From: Candidatus Hydrogenedentota bacterium
GTDB lineage: Bacteria; Hydrogenedentota; Hydrogenedentia; Hydrogenedentales; SLHB01
Assembly: GCA_029974275.1 (NCBI GenBank)
Contig: JARKSN010000313.1
Coordinates: 22,525 to 86,524 of the forward strand
Length of the DNA stretch: 64,000 nucleotides
Direction of reading: 5' to 3'
The position numbers and the translations under genes were made by a program. Of this stretch, positions 8,550 to 18,212 are shown in pieces. The notes beneath the pieces are model-generated. The model did no database searches. It had not been told where the DNA came from and worked only from the letters and a program-made list of their open reading frames with translations. How positions within the stretch are numbered: the first letter of the stretch is position 1; every line of letters starts with the position of its first letter.

Positions 8550-11114
8550 ATGAAACGTCGGATCGCAGCGCCTATAATCTCTCTTCTGGCAACGGGGATG
8601 CTTGCGCTTGGAGTGGGGGGATGCGGCCTGGTCGTGGTGTCGCCTTCCGTGGCGTCGTTGAAGGTTGGTCAGACCGTGGGGCTGACCGCGAGCGGCACGT
8701 CGGACACGAGTTTCACGTGGCGCACCTCGAATCCGGCCGTGGCTTCGGTAAGTGAGGGCGGGGTGGTGACGGCGCTGGCGATTGGGTCGGCCCGCATCAC
8801 GGCGACCGGCAACGCTTCCGGTCAAGTGGGGAGCGCCGTCATCAACGTCGTGCCGTTTGTGGCGCGCGTCACGGTCGTTCCGGACGCGGCTTCCCTGGAG
8901 GCAGGCAAGACCTTGGCGCTGGCGGTTTCCTCGAATGATCCCCTTGACGCGAATTTTGAATGGGTTTCCAGCGATACGGCCGTTGCGACGGTCGACGCTT
9001 CCGGCGTGGTGACGGGGGCGGCTTCAGGAATGGCCGTCATTTCGGCCACGGGCGTTCATAGCGGTGCGGGCGCCAAGGGGACATGCTCGATCACGGTCAC
9101 CCCGCGCGTCATTCTTCCCCCTGTTGCGAACGCGGGCGTCAGCGGAACGGCTTCCTACAACACCACGGTCGCGTTGGACGGGTCGTTGAGCAGCGATCCG
9201 CAGAGTTTGACGTTGACCTATGCGTGGACGCAGACTTCGGGGCCTGCGGCGACGCTTACGGGGGCGACGACGAACAAGCCTTCCTTCAAGCCTGCGCAAC
9301 CGGGGTCGTACGTGTTTGAGCTGGTTGTGAACAACGGGACCTTGTCCAGCGCTCCCGCGACGGTCACGATCACGGCGGTGAACAATCCCCCTGCGGCGGC
9401 CATAGCGATTGACGCCATTTCGGATATCGAGCGGCAGTACCTGGGGTTGGAAAGCACCTTGTCGAGCGGCTTGTCCAATGTCGGCGTCGGCACGGACGTG
9501 TATTTGCTGGGATCGGCCACGGACATCAACGGCGATGCCATCGTCGGGTTTCAGTGGTCGATCGTGTCGCGCCCTGCCGGCTCCCTGGCGGCGTTGACCA
9601 CCCCCACGGAGGCGGACACGGCGTTTCGCCCGGATGTCGCTGGCACGTATCGGATTTCGCTGATCGCTTCCGACGGTCTGAAAGCGGCGGGGGCCGCCGC
9701 CACGCAGGATATTCACGCGGGCTTCTGGGTCGGCGAAGGCACCGACGTTGGCCAGAGCGCCTGTGCGCCGTGTCACAACGGCACGGTCGCGCCGGACAAG
9801 ACCACGGAGTGGCTGGGCACCAAACACGCCATCACGTTTGCCAATCGGATTGATGGGCTGTACGGTCCGACGTATCCCGAGTATTGCCGCCGCTGTCATA
9901 CGGTTGGGTATGACAAAACCGGCACGGCGGCAAACAATGGATTCGACGACGTGGCGGCGTCGGTAGGCTGGACGCTTCCCGGCACGCTACAGCCGGGCAA
10001 TTGGGCGGCCCTGATCGCCGACACGCCGCAGTTGGCGCGTCTGGCGAATGTCCAATGCGAGAATTGTCATGGCCCGGCGAGCCAGCATGTGGCCGGGGCG
10101 GCGTTCACGCGCGACAAGAAGATGTCGGTTTCCTTCGGCAGCGGCAACTGCGGCATGTGTCATGGACAGGAAGAGGAATGGAAGCTGACCGGTCATGCGG
10201 ACGAAAACGCGGAGCCGTGGACGATGCCGGTGGGGCCGTCTCGGACGGCGTGTGTGCGATGCCATTCGGGGGTGGGTTTTATCGACACGATTGGCGGGGT
10301 CACGCCGGCGCGCACGACCAAGCAGAATCCCACGTGCGCGGTGTGTCATGATCCCCACAGCGACGCCCACGAAGCCCAGTTGCGTTTGGGGGATGAGGTC
10401 ACCTTGCCGGGCAACGTGCGCGTGACGGGGGTCGGGCCGAACGCGGTATGCATGTATTGCCACAACGCGCGGCGGGCTCCGGCGGACGCCCTCGCTGGGT
10501 CCTATCCGCATTACAGCACCGCGTCGGAGATGGTCCTGGGGGTCAATGGGATCACCTATTCCAACGGTCCCATTCCCAATTCGCCGCATACCTTGATGAA
10601 GACGGGATGCGTGGACTGTCATATGGCGCCGACGCCGGGCGTGGAACGCGACAATGTGCATCAGCCGGGCGAGGGCGTGGTGGGGGCGCATACCTTGGCA
10701 ATCACCGCTCGAACCTCCGATCCGGCAAGCCCGGATTATGGGTTTGAGAACGTGCAGCACGCATGCAACACGGCGGGGTGCCATGACAAGAGCCCCATCG
10801 TCGCGGTGAATCGCACGGCGTATGGAGATTATGATGGCGATGGCGCGATCGAGGGCGTCCAGGATGAGGTGCGGGATTTGATGGCGCTGGTGAAGACCGC
10901 GATCGTGAACAGCGGGGTGACGGCGCTTGCCAACAACCCCTACTGGGCCAACGTCACCACCAATGCCCAGCGCAGGGCCATTTACAACTATTCCCTGGCA
11001 AAGGGCGATGGCAGTTACGGCATTCACAATACGGGTTTCGTGGTTGGATTGCTCCAGTTGTCCTACAAAGATTTGAAGGGGCATGACGTTCCGGGGGCGA
11101 CGCTCCGGTATTGA
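8550..11114 (+). CDS. Surface multiheme c-type cytochrome lipoprotein with Ig-like (Big_2) and PKD-like domains
   Basis: Lipobox VGGC; two Big_2-like repeats (WRTSNPAVASV, WVSSDTAVATV); PKD-like PPVANAG...YAWTQTSGP; 8 CxxCH plus CNTAGCH; C-terminal DGSYGIHN. Confidence 0.88.
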   Translation: MKRRIAAPIISLLATGMLALGVGGCGLVVVSPSVASLKVGQTVGLTASGTSDTSFTWRTSNPAVASVSEGGVVTALAIGSARITATGNASGQVGSAVINVVPFVARVTVVPDAASLEAGKTLALAVSSNDPLDANFEWVSSDTAVATVDASGVVTGAASGMAVISATGVHSGAGAKGTCSITVTPRVILPPVANAGVSGTASYNTTVALDGSLSSDPQSLTLTYAWTQTSGPAATLTGATTNKPSFKPAQPGSYVFELVVNNGTLSSAPATVTITAVNNPPAAAIAIDAISDIERQYLGLESTLSSGLSNVGVGTDVYLLGSATDINGDAIVGFQWSIVSRPAGSLAALTTPTEADTAFRPDVAGTYRISLIASDGLKAAGAAATQDIHAGFWVGEGTDVGQSACAPCHNGTVAPDKTTEWLGTKHAITFANRIDGLYGPTYPEYCRRCHTVGYDKTGTAANNGFDDVAASVGWTLPGTLQPGNWAALIADTPQLARLANVQCENCHGPASQHVAGAAFTRDKKMSVSFGSGNCGMCHGQEEEWKLTGHADENAEPWTMPVGPSRTACVRCHSGVGFIDTIGGVTPARTTKQNPTCAVCHDPHSDAHEAQLRLGDEVTLPGNVRVTGVGPNAVCMYCHNARRAPADALAGSYPHYSTASEMVLGVNGITYSNGPIPNSPHTLMKTGCVDCHMAPTPGVERDNVHQPGEGVVGAHTLAITARTSDPASPDYGFENVQHACNTAGCHDKSPIVAVNRTAYGDYDGDGAIEGVQDEVRDLMALVKTAIVNSGVTALANNPYWANVTTNAQRRAIYNYSLAKGDGSYGIHNTGFVVGLLQLSYKDLKGHDVPGATLRY

Positions 11115-11178
11115 GCGCAGGTTTTCCAGGGGCGCGAAGGGGCGGCGTGCGTGCGGGACATAACGTGAGAATGGCGGC

Positions 11179-11976
11179 ATGAACGTGATGTGGAAATCGC
11201 TGGCGGTTCCGGCAGGACTGTTGGGTTTTGTCGTGGCGAGTTCTCTGGGCGCGCAACAGTGCGGCGGGCCGGCCACGGTGGGAACGGGGGTTTGCATCGC
11301 GTGTCATGACGGGCGTTCCGCCACGGACCAACTCGATTTTCTGGTCAGCCAGCATGCCGGCATCGAGTGCGAAGCCTGCCACGGACCGGGCTACGTGCAT
11401 GTACGCAATGGCGGACGCGGCGGACGGTTCATCAAAAACCCCGCCAAGGAGTCATTCGCGAACGCGTATCGGCTTTGCACCGCTTGCCATGCGGAGCAGG
11501 TGGCTGGTTTTCTGGCGAGCGGTCACGGCCAGAAACAGGCGGCGACGTGCCATGACTGTCACGACGTGCATGCGCCCGGCGGCGCCCGACGCAATCCGAA
11601 CAACAACGAGATGTGTCTGACATGCCATGCGCCGTTCGGATTTTCGGACAGCGCGGCCATCGAGGCGCATACGATGTATCATCCGAATGATCCGGGGGGG
11701 ACGGGCGCGAGTCGTTGCATCTCCTGTCACATGCCGCCGTTGGACGCGATCCTTCAGGCAGACGGCCCGCATGATCACACGCTGGCGACGATCCCGCCGA
11801 TTCGTTCCAACGAGGCCGCGCAGGCGGGCGCGGTTCCGACGCCGCCCAATTCGTGTTCGGGCATCGCGGGCTGTCACGATGGTTCCGTGCCCGGCGCGCC
11901 GATTTTTGACGTCGACAATTTCACCTTTAACGGCATACTCCAATCGCTCTATGAGCAGGTGGGTCAGATGCCGTAA
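11179..11976 (+). CDS. Multiheme c-type cytochrome (6 CxxCH plus one CX5CH), exported
   Basis: Signal peptide; CIACH, CEACH, CTACH, CHDCH, CLTCH, CISCH, CSGIAGCH. Confidence 0.88.
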   Translation: MNVMWKSLAVPAGLLGFVVASSLGAQQCGGPATVGTGVCIACHDGRSATDQLDFLVSQHAGIECEACHGPGYVHVRNGGRGGRFIKNPAKESFANAYRLCTACHAEQVAGFLASGHGQKQAATCHDCHDVHAPGGARRNPNNNEMCLTCHAPFGFSDSAAIEAHTMYHPNDPGGTGASRCISCHMPPLDAILQADGPHDHTLATIPPIRSNEAAQAGAVPTPPNSCSGIAGCHDGSVPGAPIFDVDNFTFNGILQSLYEQVGQMP

Positions 11977-12003
11977 CGCGGCGGTCCGGGAACGGTCGGG
12001 GTC

Positions 12004-13632
12004 GTGATCCGGCGGCGCATGGCGGAGGCGGGGAGACGCACGGTGGGAGTTGAGCACGCATTTCGATGGCGGTGGGCGTTGGCAGGCGTTGTCCTATGGG
12101 GTTTCGTGATCGGCGCTTCCGCACGCGCCGCGGATCAAGGAGACGACGCTTCTTCGGAAGCCGGGCAGGAAACCCTTCAGGCGCCGCGCGCGGCTGCTCC
12201 TGAATCGACCGCGGGGGATGAAAAGCCCGAGAAGACGCCGAAGAAGTGGTTGCGGGGCAGCTTTGAAACCGGTCTGGACGCCGCATGGTCGGACCGGGAT
12301 TCGGACATCAATCTGGATCAAACCTTGCGCGTGAAGATTGACCCGCCGAATCATGAGCGGATTCATATTCGCGCATCGTTGTGGCTGCGGGAAGACCTTG
12401 ACGGCGACGAGTCGCGGACGAGCGGCTTGCGCGATGTCGACGACGCCTACGGGTCGAGCGTTCGGTTTCGTCCGCTATACATGTATGTGGACGTGGACGA
12501 TCTCTGGGGCGATTCCACGTTGCGCCTCGGCCGGCAACGCATCCAGGAAGGAACGGCCTGGAACCGGATCGACGGCCTTTACTTCAAACAGCGCGCGGCG
12601 TGGGGGGACTGGTATGTTTTCGCAGGCGCGCGGGCTTCCTTGTACACAGACGCGCACAGGGATTTCGCGGGCGGCGGCGGCGTCTCGTTCCGCCCGGCCC
12701 CGGCGACGCGGATAGCGCTGGACGGGTATTACGGCACGGAGCGCGATCGCGATCGCGATGAGACGTTTTTCTGGCCGTTGGCGTGGGGCGCCTGGTTCAA
12801 CCTCGCCTCGCCGAGGGCGGTCCCGGACGATCGGGAAGACCATCAGATATCGCTGAGCGCGTGGCAAGCGGTCGGCGCGCATCTCATGCTGTATGGCCGT
12901 CTCACGGAGCAAAGCGGCGCGTTTCACAGCGCGCTCCTCAGCGCGACGGGAACCATCCCCGCGTGGAACCTCACCTACGAGGCGGCCTACCGCGCCCAGA
13001 CCGACGCCATTGGGGATCGACTGCGCGATCTGGGCGGTTTTTACCAGACCGTGGGGCGCCGCGACAAGCGCCAGGACTTTCGGATCGCCTTGCATCGCCC
13101 GCTGACGGAAAAATGGACGCTTTCGCTGGAAAGCGAATTTCGCCGAAGCGACGCCCATGCTTCCGGTTTCGGCAATCGCGATTATGATCGTTACGCGGCG
13201 ATCCTGTCGGCGGAAAAGCTGCGGGGCGGCATCGACGCCACCGTCGGTCTCGCGTGGTGGCGCACCGATCGCGATCAGGGGTCGACGGCCGTCACGGCGG
13301 AGGTTGCCAAGAAATGGAGCCGCCTTTCGCTGGCGTTGGGGGCTGATTTCGAGCGATACGAGGACCGGATTGTTTATCATCCCCTGTCGTTTTGGGCGGA
13401 CCAATTCACGCCGGGGACGATCTTCGGCGCGTATCCATTCGTCAATCGTTTGCTGTATCTCGCGGATGGCGTGGCGATCGACACGCGCGAAAACGTGCGG
13501 TCGATCTACGGAAAGGCCAAATGGACCGTCCGGCCTGACCATGACGTGAACGCGCGCGTCTCGTACGAGACGGACAGCGAGCCGGATTCGCCGTACTGGC
13601 GGGTGCAGATGGGATATGTCGTTCGTTTCTAA
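12004..13632 (+). CDS. Putative outer-membrane beta-barrel (porin of a porin-cytochrome complex); start codon uncertain
   Basis: Signal peptide; amphipathic aromatic-rich beta strands; LRLGRQ motif; C-terminal YVVRF with terminal Phe; flanked by multiheme genes. Confidence 0.75.
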   Translation: MIRRRMAEAGRRTVGVEHAFRWRWALAGVVLWGFVIGASARAADQGDDASSEAGQETLQAPRAAAPESTAGDEKPEKTPKKWLRGSFETGLDAAWSDRDSDINLDQTLRVKIDPPNHERIHIRASLWLREDLDGDESRTSGLRDVDDAYGSSVRFRPLYMYVDVDDLWGDSTLRLGRQRIQEGTAWNRIDGLYFKQRAAWGDWYVFAGARASLYTDAHRDFAGGGGVSFRPAPATRIALDGYYGTERDRDRDETFFWPLAWGAWFNLASPRAVPDDREDHQISLSAWQAVGAHLMLYGRLTEQSGAFHSALLSATGTIPAWNLTYEAAYRAQTDAIGDRLRDLGGFYQTVGRRDKRQDFRIALHRPLTEKWTLSLESEFRRSDAHASGFGNRDYDRYAAILSAEKLRGGIDATVGLAWWRTDRDQGSTAVTAEVAKKWSRLSLALGADFERYEDRIVYHPLSFWADQFTPGTIFGAYPFVNRLLYLADGVAIDTRENVRSIYGKAKWTVRPDHDVNARVSYETDSEPDSPYWRVQMGYVVRF

Positions 13633-13651
13633 CGCGAAGGAGTGTGCTGCG

Positions 13652-14674
13652 ATGCCGCGCCGCAACGGAAAGCTATGGTTGATGACGGGCCTGCTCGTTG
13701 CGCTTGCGGGCGCGTGCATGACGTATTCGGTGACTTCCTTGGCGCGCAAGGACCGCGGTATCCGCGCCCACCATGCCCAGCACGCCAAGGAAGGGCTGGC
13801 CTGCGCCGACTGCCACGCTTTCGACAAGGGGGAGGCTGTTTTTCCCGGTCATGACACCTGCAGCGCCTGCCACGAGGTCGACGCCGAGCTCACGCCCGGC
13901 AAGGCGTGCGAGAAATGCCATACGAAGGAGGGCTACGCGATCGAGCGCTATGTCAAGCGCGTGCGGGATGAAGTGAAATTCGCGCATCCGGTTCATCTTG
14001 CCAAAGGCATCGAATGCGCCGTCTGCCATGCCGATCCCGACAAGTCCCTGCTGTCGACCGGATCGCTGAAACCGTTCTGCATGGACTGCCATGGCAAGAC
14101 CGATCCCGCGCTGAATGCTTGCGAGACCTGTCACGCCGTCATCAACAAGACCGTCCGCCCGACGGAACGCGGCGGAGTCCGCTTGGCGCACGATGCCCCC
14201 GCCATTTGGGAACGCGTGCATGGCCGCGAGTCGCGGGTCGATCCGAAATACTGCGCGTTGTGCCACGACCAGGAGGATGATTGCGAGGATTGTCACCGCA
14301 AGACGCCTCCCCGGGATCATACCGTGGCGTGGCGTCGCGACGGGCACGGCCTGCGCGCCCAATGGGATATCGAGAAATGCTCCACCTGTCATGAAGAAGA
14401 CATGTGCATCAAGTGTCACCGGAACGCCGCGCCGCGATCGCACGCCGCCGGGTGGGGAAGCCCCGCCAATCTTCATTGCGCGACATGCCATTATCCGCCT
14501 GCGGGGGAAGGATGCGTGACGTGTCATGAGACCGTCTCGCATGCGACGGCCATGCCGTCGCCGCATGATATGGGCATTTTCCCGCCAAAATGCGGCCGCT
14601 GTCATCCCGGAGGATTGCCCAATCGCGCGCCCCACATCATGAACGGCAGCGCGCGCTGCGCCGTTTGCCACTGA
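13652..14674 (+). CDS. 14-heme cytochrome c3-like lipoprotein
   Basis: RBS AAGGAG; lipobox LAGAC; 14 CxxCH motifs counted; FAHPVH c3-type His motif. Confidence 0.9.
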   Translation: MPRRNGKLWLMTGLLVALAGACMTYSVTSLARKDRGIRAHHAQHAKEGLACADCHAFDKGEAVFPGHDTCSACHEVDAELTPGKACEKCHTKEGYAIERYVKRVRDEVKFAHPVHLAKGIECAVCHADPDKSLLSTGSLKPFCMDCHGKTDPALNACETCHAVINKTVRPTERGGVRLAHDAPAIWERVHGRESRVDPKYCALCHDQEDDCEDCHRKTPPRDHTVAWRRDGHGLRAQWDIEKCSTCHEEDMCIKCHRNAAPRSHAAGWGSPANLHCATCHYPPAGEGCVTCHETVSHATAMPSPHDMGIFPPKCGRCHPGGLPNRAPHIMNGSARCAVCH

Positions 14675-14984
14675 GAGCGCCGCCTGCCGTTCCCGTGGCG
14701 TGACGGTTCCGCGCGAAAGATATCCGGGCGCAGCGTTCAAGCGCTCGGCCCAGCTGCAGGTTCTGTTGCGCATGTTCCCAAGGACGCCAACGGCCTCGGT
14801 CGCGGGAAGAGCCGTGGCGGCGGCGCTCCTTCCTCTGGAACCCGCAGGCGTGGAATCGTACAATGCCCCGCGAGAGAGACCCGTGGGGGAAAACGCTGAA
14901 CCATGTTTGCCAGGAGCGCCGCCGAGCACATGATAGCCGGCCTTTGTGGTCATGCCGTTGGATTGCGCGCCGGGGCGCCGCCGC

Positions 14985-16439
14985 ATGACTGATATCGGAC
15001 GGCATGGGCGCAACATCGCGTGGCTTGCGTTGGCCGATCTTTTTGGCAAGGCGTGCGGCGTATTCTATTTCGCCTACCTTTCGCGAAGTCTGTCCGTGAT
15101 CGAGAATGGATGGTACGGGACATTCATCGCCGCCATTCCGATACTCAGCACGCTGAATACGCTCGGGTTTCAGGACATCGTGACGCGGGAGACGTCCCGG
15201 GACCGCGGTCGCGTTCACGCGCTCATGGGGTCGGGCATGGCGACGCAGCTGGGTCTTTTCGTGGTTCTGCTCCCGGCGGTCTGGGGCGTGTCCGTGTGGC
15301 TGGGCTACGATCCGTCTCTTCGTTTCGTCATCGCGTTGGCGGCGCTGGCGGCCCTTGAACGGGCGCTGATCTCGATGCATGCCGCCGTAATCGCCGCGCA
15401 CGAACGCTTCAAATACGCCAGCATCGTCGCGATTTTCACGCGGTCGGCAACGGTGGCGGGCGGCATAGGCTTGCTGTACTTGGGCTATGGGCTCAAGGGC
15501 ATTCTCTGTTTCACCCTCGGCGTTTTTGTCATGGAACTGCTGCTTACGTACGTTGCGGTTCGCCGGAAATGCGTGAACTATCGCCTCGTGTATCGTCTTT
15601 CCGACGTGCGCTTTCTCCTGCGCGAGGGATCGGGGATGGCGTCGGGGCGCCTTGTGTCGGTACTATATTACAGTATGGACATGTTTGTCCTCAACGCCTT
15701 GGTTTCCGGCGAGGAAGTGGGTTATTTTGCGGTGGGGACCCGGTTTCTGGCGCTGCTTTGGACGTTTCCCGATCTCTTGGAGAGCGTTTCCTATCCCATT
15801 TTGAGCCGCAAGGCGCTCGAGGGGGAGGCGTCGCAGCATTTCGCTTTTTTGCGGTTGGTCAAGGGGATGACGCTGATTGGGTTTCCGATGGCATGCGGCA
15901 TGTCGGCGCTTTCCGAGGGGGTGGTGGCCACGTTGTGCGGCGCCAAGTTCATTCCCGGAGCGGCGGCGGCGGCGGTCTTGACGTGGGTGCTTGCGTTGGA
16001 AATGCTGATGCGGATTCCCACGGTGTATTTGCGCGCCCGTTCGTGTTTTGCGGCCGTCACGCGCTGCTACGCCTTGGGCGTCGCGATAAAGCTTCCGTTG
16101 GCATGGCTGCTCGTTCCTCGGCTGGGCGTCAACAGCTTTCTGGCAATCAGCGTCCTGGCCTCCTGCATCATGTCTGTGGTCATTTTTCGAAGCGTGCGCT
16201 CCGTGTTGCCGGCTCTTTTTTGGCGCGAGGTTTTCGTGACGGCGGGCAAGCCTTTGATCGCTGCGATCGCGATGGCGGCCATGCTGTGGCCGATGAGGGA
16301 CCTGTCGGTTTTCCTCACCGTGCCGGCGGGAGCGATCGGGTATGGCGTTGTTTTTGCCGCATTGGGCGGGATCGATCCGTTCGATCTTTCCTTTCTGCGC
16401 CAGCTGCTTGTCCGAAAAGGCGGCCGGGAAGCGGCGTAA
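14985..16439 (+). CDS. Wzx-type polysaccharide flippase (MOP superfamily)
   Basis: Many TM helices; RNIAWL...YLSRSL...GWYG, REGSGMA, EEVGYFAVG. Confidence 0.8.
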   Translation: MTDIGRHGRNIAWLALADLFGKACGVFYFAYLSRSLSVIENGWYGTFIAAIPILSTLNTLGFQDIVTRETSRDRGRVHALMGSGMATQLGLFVVLLPAVWGVSVWLGYDPSLRFVIALAALAALERALISMHAAVIAAHERFKYASIVAIFTRSATVAGGIGLLYLGYGLKGILCFTLGVFVMELLLTYVAVRRKCVNYRLVYRLSDVRFLLREGSGMASGRLVSVLYYSMDMFVLNALVSGEEVGYFAVGTRFLALLWTFPDLLESVSYPILSRKALEGEASQHFAFLRLVKGMTLIGFPMACGMSALSEGVVATLCGAKFIPGAAAAAVLTWVLALEMLMRIPTVYLRARSCFAAVTRCYALGVAIKLPLAWLLVPRLGVNSFLAISVLASCIMSVVIFRSVRSVLPALFWREVFVTAGKPLIAAIAMAAMLWPMRDLSVFLTVPAGAIGYGVVFAALGGIDPFDLSFLRQLLVRKGGREAA

Positions 16440-16686
16440 TCCGGGCGGCATGTTCCGCGCCATCGCTCGACTTTTTAATACGATGCCCCCAGAAGGCTTA
16501 CCCACTGCAAAAGCTTTGCTGAAGGTATGCGTGGCTAGAGCGTTTTCGCTAATTATGCCTGAGCCCATCCTCCCGACAATCCTTCATCTTTTGGCAATCG
16601 GCTATGGGAAACGGGGAGGGATATCGAGATTCTTTGATATTTGGTTTCAAGGCGCGCCTGTCACGCAACTACGTGAAAATTTACGC

Positions 16687-17463
16687 CTATTTTTGCTGCA
16701 ACAGCCGGATGCGCTGCGCGATTTGTTTGATGGGTTTTGTGTAGGGGGTTGCGTCGCCGGCGCAGGCGAGGTAGTCGATGCGGAGGGTCTTTTTTGTGGG
16801 GGCCTTCCAGGTTTCGGCGTCGAAGGAGCCGATGAGGGTGAGGCCCGCGTCGGCAATGGCTTGTTCGATGAATTCGCGGGGGTACATGCGTTCGCGAATG
16901 ACGCTCTCCGCGCCGCGATTGACTTTCACGATGGTCTCGGACAGTCCCTTGCCGCGATGGTACCGGCTGTCCCAGTCGCTCGAAATGCGCCCGGTTCGTT
17001 CGCTCCAGCGTTGGTCCTCGAAATGTTCCAGCACCATGCGCTCGGTCACGACGTCGAAATAGAACAGGCCTTGTGGCCGTAGCGCGCGCGCGACTTCGCG
17101 CAATCCTTTGCGGAAATCGCGTTCGGCCAGCAGGAAATTAAAACTGTCGAACAGGCACGTCACGAAATCGACGTTGCGAAACGGCAGCGCGCGAAGGTCC
17201 GCGACGGCTACTGGAAGCCTCCGCGCGCCTTTCTTCCCGGCGCGCACCATCGCGGGCGAAAGGTCGCACCCCACGCTGGTCCACCCCGTCCTGCGCAGGC
17301 GCTTGATCAACGTGGCCGTGCCGCACGCCGCATCGAGATGCACGAACGGCTCGGGCAACATCTCCGCCAGCGCGCGCACCCCGACTTCCCACCGATCATA
17401 GTTCACATGCGCCATCAGCGGGTCGTAGTAACGGGCCAGGTCTTTGAAGGCGTCTTCGATCAT
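16687..17463 (-). CDS. Class I SAM-dependent methyltransferase (YqeM-like)
   Basis: LDAACGTA, GCDLSPAM, VTCLFDSFNFL; lies downstream of nadD-yqeK. Confidence 0.85.
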   Translation of the reverse strand: MIEDAFKDLARYYDPLMAHVNYDRWEVGVRALAEMLPEPFVHLDAACGTATLIKRLRRTGWTSVGCDLSPAMVRAGKKGARRLPVAVADLRALPFRNVDFVTCLFDSFNFLLAERDFRKGLREVARALRPQGLFYFDVVTERMVLEHFEDQRWSERTGRISSDWDSRYHRGKGLSETIVKVNRGAESVIRERMYPREFIEQAIADAGLTLIGSFDAETWKAPTKKTLRIDYLACAGDATPYTKPIKQIAQRIRLLQQK

Positions 17464-17477
17464 GGAGTAAGCCTCTT

Positions 17478-17620
17478 GGGGAAACCCTTCTTGGAAGAAG
17501 GGTTTTCCCAAACTCCTTCCCAAGAACTTTTGTTGGCGCTTCGCGCGTGGGATGCGCAGCACTAAAAAAGTTTTTTGGAAAGGGGTTCGGGGAAAACCAT
17601 TTTTCAAAAAAGTTTTCCCC
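17478..17620. repeat. Inverted pair of ~53-bp REP-like hairpin elements
   Basis: The reverse complement of 17479-17530 (AAAGTTCTTGGGAAGGAGTTTGGGAAAACCCTTCTTCCAAGAAGGGTTTCCC) resembles 17567-17620 (AAAGTTTTTTGGAAAGGGGTTCGGGGAAAACCATTTTTCAAAAAAGTTTTCCCC). Confidence 0.65.
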
Positions 17621-17630
17621 GGTTATCGTT

Positions 17631-18212
17631 CTATCTCTTTCGTTGCAGCCAATTATGAAATGCCAAGGTATTCGGATCGACAACGGTCTTGGTCAGCACG
17701 TGGTGGAGTTTTTTTCCAGACACGTATATGAGTGCGGGCATGAAGCCTTCGTTGGTCAGGATGGCGCGCGCTTCGGCGGCTTCTGGGTGCGTACGCAACG
17801 GCTCGGAAAAATCGGCGAAGTAGAGCGCGAGACCCGTCGTGCTCATTTCGGGATGCCCGGTCGTGTGCCATCGGATCGCGTCGAGCACATCCTCGTCGTC
17901 GATGCCCAACACGCGCCGGCATTCTTCCGCCGAAACAGGGCCATGCAGCAGTTTGGGTTTGCGCAGGGAGACGTCGGACACCGGGATGTCGCACCGGCGC
18001 GCCGCCGCCAACAGGTCCTCATCGCTCATGCCTTTGCACAAATCGTGCAGCAGGCCCGCTTGGACGCACTGCGCCGCGGCGATGCCCACGCGATCGGCGA
18101 TCGTCAACATGAGTTCCGTGGCGGAGATGCAATGGTTCGCGGTCTTCTCGCTCAGGCGCGCGCGGATCAGCGAGACGTACTCTTCGGCGCGCGGCACGTC
18201 AAGAAGCGGCAT
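17631..18212 (-). CDS. yqeK: HD-domain Ap4A hydrolase YqeK
   Basis: GLLHDLCK, LLHGPVSA, AIRWHTTG, LYFADFSEP; follows nadD. Confidence 0.88.
   Translation of the reverse strand: MPLLDVPRAEEYVSLIRARLSEKTANHCISATELMLTIADRVGIAAAQCVQAGLLHDLCKGMSDEDLLAAARRCDIPVSDVSLRKPKLLHGPVSAEECRRVLGIDDEDVLDAIRWHTTGHPEMSTTGLALYFADFSEPLRTHPEAAEARAILTNEGFMPALIYVSGKKLHHVLTKTVVDPNTLAFHNWLQRKR

Noticed and set aside
16440..16686. Lower-GC gap between convergent genes, possibly a gene remnant
   Set aside because: No recognisable protein motif, repeat or RNA structure was found.
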